49,408 nucleotides of DNA from Candidatus Limnocylindria bacterium (GTDB lineage: Bacteria; Chloroflexota; Limnocylindria; QHBO01). Under the pieces are notes generated by a model. It saw nothing but the letters and a program-made list of their open reading frames with translations. It did not search any database and was not told the DNA's origin. The stretch covers positions 1-49,408 of the forward strand of contig DATBME010000054.1 in assembly GCA_036555005.1 (NCBI GenBank), read 5' to 3'. This document shows positions 46,580 to 49,408 of this stretch, in pieces; the stretch's first letter is position 1, and each line of letters opens with the position of its first letter. Both the position numbers and the translations under genes were made by a program.

Positions 46580-47331
46580 CCGGACCGGGCGCGACGCGAC
46601 CGGCCGCGGCCGCGCGCTATCCCGGGTCGCTGGTCATCGACCGCCGCTACCGAACCCTGTGGCGAACCGTGCGGTTCGGGGTACGCTTGCTGTATCGCGT
46701 GCGCGCGGTGGAGGTCGAGCGCGTTCCGGCCGCGCCCTACTGCCTGGTGCTGAACCATCACAGCGGCTGGGACCCACTGCTGGTCATCTCGGTCTCGCCC
46801 CTGGCGCCCCGCATCACCTGGTTCGGGCCGAAGGAAGCGGACCTGACCCGGGGCGTTCGTAACCGGGTCATCAACTTCTTCGGCTGCGCCATCCCGTTCG
46901 ATCCGGCGACCAGCTCGCTGACCGGCGCGGCACGCTCGGTGCGCCGCGTCTTCGACGCCGACGGCGTGCTGGGCATCTTCGCCGAGGGGCAGGTCGGCTT
47001 CCGCGAGACGGAGCTGCTGCCGTTCAAGGAAGGTGCGGTAGTGTTCGCCACCGCGTCGGGTGTCCCGATCGTGCCGGCCGCGGTGGTGGGCAGCACCTAC
47101 CTGTGGCTGGGCAGGCAGGTCGAAATCCGGTTCGGCGATCCGATACCGACCGCAGGCGTGAAGGGCCACACCGCCCGCGACGCGCTGGAGGAGCGTGTCC
47201 GCGCAGCATGCGAGGCCCTGTTGCCCGACAGCGAGCCGGCCCTACCCCGCCTGCGGCCGCTGCGGGTGCTGGGCGACCTGTTCACCGGTGGGGCCGACCT
47301 GGCGCGCCGGCGGGCTGAGCTCGGCGAGTAG
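46576..47331 (+). CDS. PlsC-family lysophospholipid/1-acylglycerol-3-phosphate acyltransferase
   Basis: ATGA overlap with the MFS stop. HX4D motif NHHSGWD, then IFAEGQV and GVPIVPAAV. Confidence 0.85.
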   Translation: MTGPGATRPAAAARYPGSLVIDRRYRTLWRTVRFGVRLLYRVRAVEVERVPAAPYCLVLNHHSGWDPLLVISVSPLAPRITWFGPKEADLTRGVRNRVINFFGCAIPFDPATSSLTGAARSVRRVFDADGVLGIFAEGQVGFRETELLPFKEGAVVFATASGVPIVPAAVVGSTYLWLGRQVEIRFGDPIPTAGVKGHTARDALEERVRAACEALLPDSEPALPRLRPLRVLGDLFTGGADLARRRAELGE

Positions 47332-47371
47332 CCGAGCGGCGCACACGCACGAGCCCGGCTAGCATCGGTCC

Positions 47372-47644
47372 ATGCTGCCGGTCATCTGGAGCGCATTCGC
47401 GGTCTGCGCGGTGGGCGGCTTCCTGATGGTGGCCGCCTACTGGCTGGACGTTCAGGATCGGCCGGACCTCTCCTTCCGCGGCCGCGTGGCCTGGTCGGCC
47501 GGGACGTTCCTCTTCCCGGTCGCGATTCCGGTCTATGCCTTCGCCGGCGGAGCCGACTGGCCAACCTTCCTACGGCTCGCGGCCTTCTTGCCGGCCATCG
47601 CGCTGCTGCTGTTCTTCGGCTTCGCCTTCGGCCTGTTCACCTAG
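47372..47644 (+). CDS. Small membrane protein, PLDc_N-like (cardiolipin synthase N-terminal domain family)
   Basis: 90 aa. AAYWLDVQDRPD...RVAWSAGTFLFPVAIPVYAFAG. TAGCAT-N6-ATG lies upstream. Confidence 0.55.
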   Translation: MLPVIWSAFAVCAVGGFLMVAAYWLDVQDRPDLSFRGRVAWSAGTFLFPVAIPVYAFAGGADWPTFLRLAAFLPAIALLLFFGFAFGLFT

Positions 47645-48164
47645 CCATGATGGCGCGGCCCACGACGAGTAATGCCGTGACGATCGCGCTGACGACTGCC
47701 AGCAGGAGCGTCGGCAGGGTGGAGGACTGACCCGCGTCCTCGCCGAGCAGCCGGTTGCCCGAGCAGAGACCGCTCGCCAAATGGTCTCCAGACGAGTCGG
47801 CGAATACCCGCCAGCGCTGGCCCTGGGCGAACTCGGCGCCGCATGATGCGCCGTTCTGGGCGGTGGCCACCTCGACCTCCTCCGGCAGCGGTCCGCCCTT
47901 CGCCACGCTTTCGACGGCGAACTCGAAGCGGACCTCCGCCGCGCTATTGCTGAACCAATGCAGGGCCCAGAAGGGCTCGGCCACGACGACGCCTTCGAAC
48001 ACGACATCCGCCGCGGCGAAGGCCTGCTTTTCCGTGAAGGCGATGCAGCTGCAGGCCATGGCCCGGTTGACTGGCACCATCGCCAGCGTGGTGGCTGTCG
48101 CGGCCGCGACGACGAGCGATGTGACGAGGCGCGCCATGCCAGCCAGACGCCGCGGCCGGCGCAT
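47637..48164 (-). CDS. Secreted, C-terminally membrane-anchored protein with a TIMP/NTR-like N-domain (mature N-terminus Cys-Ser-Cys)
   Basis: Signal peptide ...VPVNRAMA | CSCIAFTEKQAFAAADVVFEGVVV. Later cysteines lie in ASCGAEF and GLCSGN, and there is a C-terminal hydrophobic anchor plus basic tail. Possible starts: ATG 48164 (chosen), GTG 48185, ATG 48137. Confidence 0.6.
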   Translation of the reverse strand: MRRPRRLAGMARLVTSLVVAAATATTLAMVPVNRAMACSCIAFTEKQAFAAADVVFEGVVVAEPFWALHWFSNSAAEVRFEFAVESVAKGGPLPEEVEVATAQNGASCGAEFAQGQRWRVFADSSGDHLASGLCSGNRLLGEDAGQSSTLPTLLLAVVSAIVTALLVVGRAIMAR

Positions 48165-48202
48165 CGGTTTCTGCAAAGTGCTCACCCGCCTATCATCGCG
48201 CC

Positions 48203-49408
48203 ATGACAGTCGAGACCCGCGGCGTGGATGCCGCCCTGGCCTACCTGCGCGACCACGCCGACGAGCACCTGCGCGGCCTGGACGAGTTCCTGCGCATCGA
48301 ATCGGTCAGCGCCGACCCGGACCGCCGGGATGAGGTGCGGCGCACCGCCCAATGGGTTGCCGACGAGCTGACCCGCATCGGCGTCGACAACGCGCAGCTG
48401 CACGAGACGAGCGGCCATCCGATCGTCACCGCCGACTGGCTGCACGCCGGTCCCGACGCCCCCACCGTGCTGGTCTACTGCCATTACGACGTCCAGCCGC
48501 CGGACCCGTTGGACCAGTGGGTCCGGCCGCCGTTCGAGCCGCGCTACGAGGACGACCGCGTCTACGCCCGAGGATCGGGCGATGACAAGGGCCAGCTCTT
48601 CATGCACCTGAAGGCGGCCGAGGCATGGCTCGCCGGGGCCGATGGGCTGCCGCTCAACCTGCGCTTCTTCTTCGAGGGCGACGAGGAGGTCGGCAGCCTG
48701 CCGGTGGAGGAGTTCATCGCCGCCCGCCCGGACCTGCTGCAGGCCGACCTGGCCATCGTCAGCGACTCGGACATGCACGACGACGAGGGCACGCCGGCCA
48801 TCACCTACGGCCTGCGCGGCATCGCCTACTGGGAGGTCACGGTCTCCGGGCCGGCGCAGGACGTCCATTCCGGCAGCTATGGCAACGGCTGCGAGAACCC
48901 CGCCAACGTGCTGGTCCGGATGCTGGCCAGCCTGACCGATGTCTACGGGCGGGTGACCGTTCCCGGCTTCTATGACAAGGTCCGCGAGCTGTCGGACGAG
49001 GAGCGGAAGGCGTATGCCCAGATCCCGTGGGACGAGGAGGCCTGGCGCGATTCGATCGGCATCAAGCAGCCGATGGAGGGCGAGCCGGGCTATACGCTGC
49101 TCGAGCGCCTGTCGGCGCGGCCGACCTTCGATATCAATGGTGTGTGGGGCGGCTACCAGGGGGAGGGCTCGAAGACCATCATCCCCGCCTACGCCGCGGC
49201 CAAGCTCAGTACCCGCCTGGTCCCGGACCAGGATCATCGCGAGATCGAAGGGCTTATGGTGGAGCACCTGCAGCGCATCGCGCCGCCCACCGTTGACGTC
49301 AGCGTGAAGGTCATTCACGGCGGCCAGCCGGCGATCACGCCGCTCGCCCATCCGGGCGTGACCATCGCCGCCGAGGCCCTGCGCCTGGCCTTCGGCAAGG
49401 ACCCGGTC
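48203..49408 (+). CDS. M20-family metallopeptidase (dipeptidase/ArgE-DapE-like), truncated at the window end
   Basis: Hand translation; the frame is open to the window end and absent from the track. MTVETRGVDAALAYLRDHADEHLRGLDEFLRIESVSADP...VLVYCHYDVQPPDPLDQWVRPPFEPRYEDDRVYARGSGDDKGQLFMHLKA...LRFFFEGDEEVGS. TATCAT-N6-ATG lies upstream. Track ORF 48182..49351(-) is its antisense shadow. Confidence 0.85.
   Translation, partial: MTVETRGVDAALAYLRDHADEHLRGLDEFLRIESVSADPDRRDEVRRTAQWVADELTRIGVDNAQLHETSGHPIVTADWLHAGPDAPTVLVYCHYDVQPPDPLDQWVRPPFEPRYEDDRVYARGSGDDKGQLFMHLKAAEAWLAGADGLPLNLRFFFEGDEEVGSLPVEEFIAARPDLLQADLAIVSDSDMHDDEGTPAITYGLRGIAYWEVTVSGPAQDVHSGSYGNGCENPANVLVRMLASLTDVYGRVTVPGFYDKVRELSDEERKAYAQIPWDEEAWRDSIGIKQPMEGEPGYTLLERLSARPTFDINGVWGGYQGEGSKTIIPAYAAAKLSTRLVPDQDHREIEGLMVEHLQRIAPPTVDVSVKVIHGGQPAITPLAHPGVTIAAEALRLAFGKDPV

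Noticed and set aside
47637-47720. Sortase sorting signal at the C-terminus of the TIMP-like protein (…STLPTLLLAVV…GRAIMAR)
   Set aside because: LPTL is not an LPXTG or LAXTG motif. Treated as a plain C-terminal TM anchor.
48182-49351. 389-aa minus-strand ORF, the only long ORF the track lists for this region
   Set aside because: The plus-strand frame, open to the window end and therefore missing from the track, encodes a clear M20 peptidase (HYDVQP...ARGSGDDKGQ...FEGDEEVGS). The minus ORF is its antisense shadow.

Overview
Very GC-rich bacterial chromosomal segment (about 70% G+C by eye, not computed). It is gene-dense, with about 50 protein genes, many joined by ATGA or GTGA stop/start overlaps. 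I saw no rRNA, tRNA, CRISPR array, transposase or integrase. Most content is housekeeping or metabolic: gltX, mdh-gltA, thrB, upp, lgt, mutY, tag, mmsA, bioY, transsulfuration enzymes, a GH15 hydrolase and a bactofilin. Sensory genes include a 996-aa GAF/PAS histidine kinase, a receiver-only response regulator, a NarL-type regulator, an MFS transporter fused to a cNMP-binding domain, and ArsR. The best candidate for an undescribed system is at 34.2-41.8 kb. There, two large AAA/STAND-TPR-LuxR (LAL-type) regulators each sit next to DUF4242 (SCO4226-like) small-protein genes. The locus holds three intact DUF4242 copies, one decayed copy, an SD-led 67-aa ORF and a secreted protein of unknown family, with a repeated 8-mer and palindrome in the divergent promoter. 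Other notable items: a secreted protein whose mature N-terminus (Cys-Ser-Cys...) and cysteine pattern mimic the animal TIMP N-domain; a bacterial lysyl-oxidase homologue with the Cu and LTQ residues intact; and about 18 operon-leading genes with a TANNNT hexamer 6-9 nt upstream of the start codon, suggesting leaderless mRNAs. Also notable are unlisted small ORFs with strong SD sites and terminators around tag, a cysteine-less BCP-like protein coupled to mutY, and a DnaA-box-like cluster in a convergent intergenic region. Many long ORFs in the track are antisense or off-frame shadows typical of high-GC DNA. All calls rest on reading the sequence and recalling family motifs; no database search was run.
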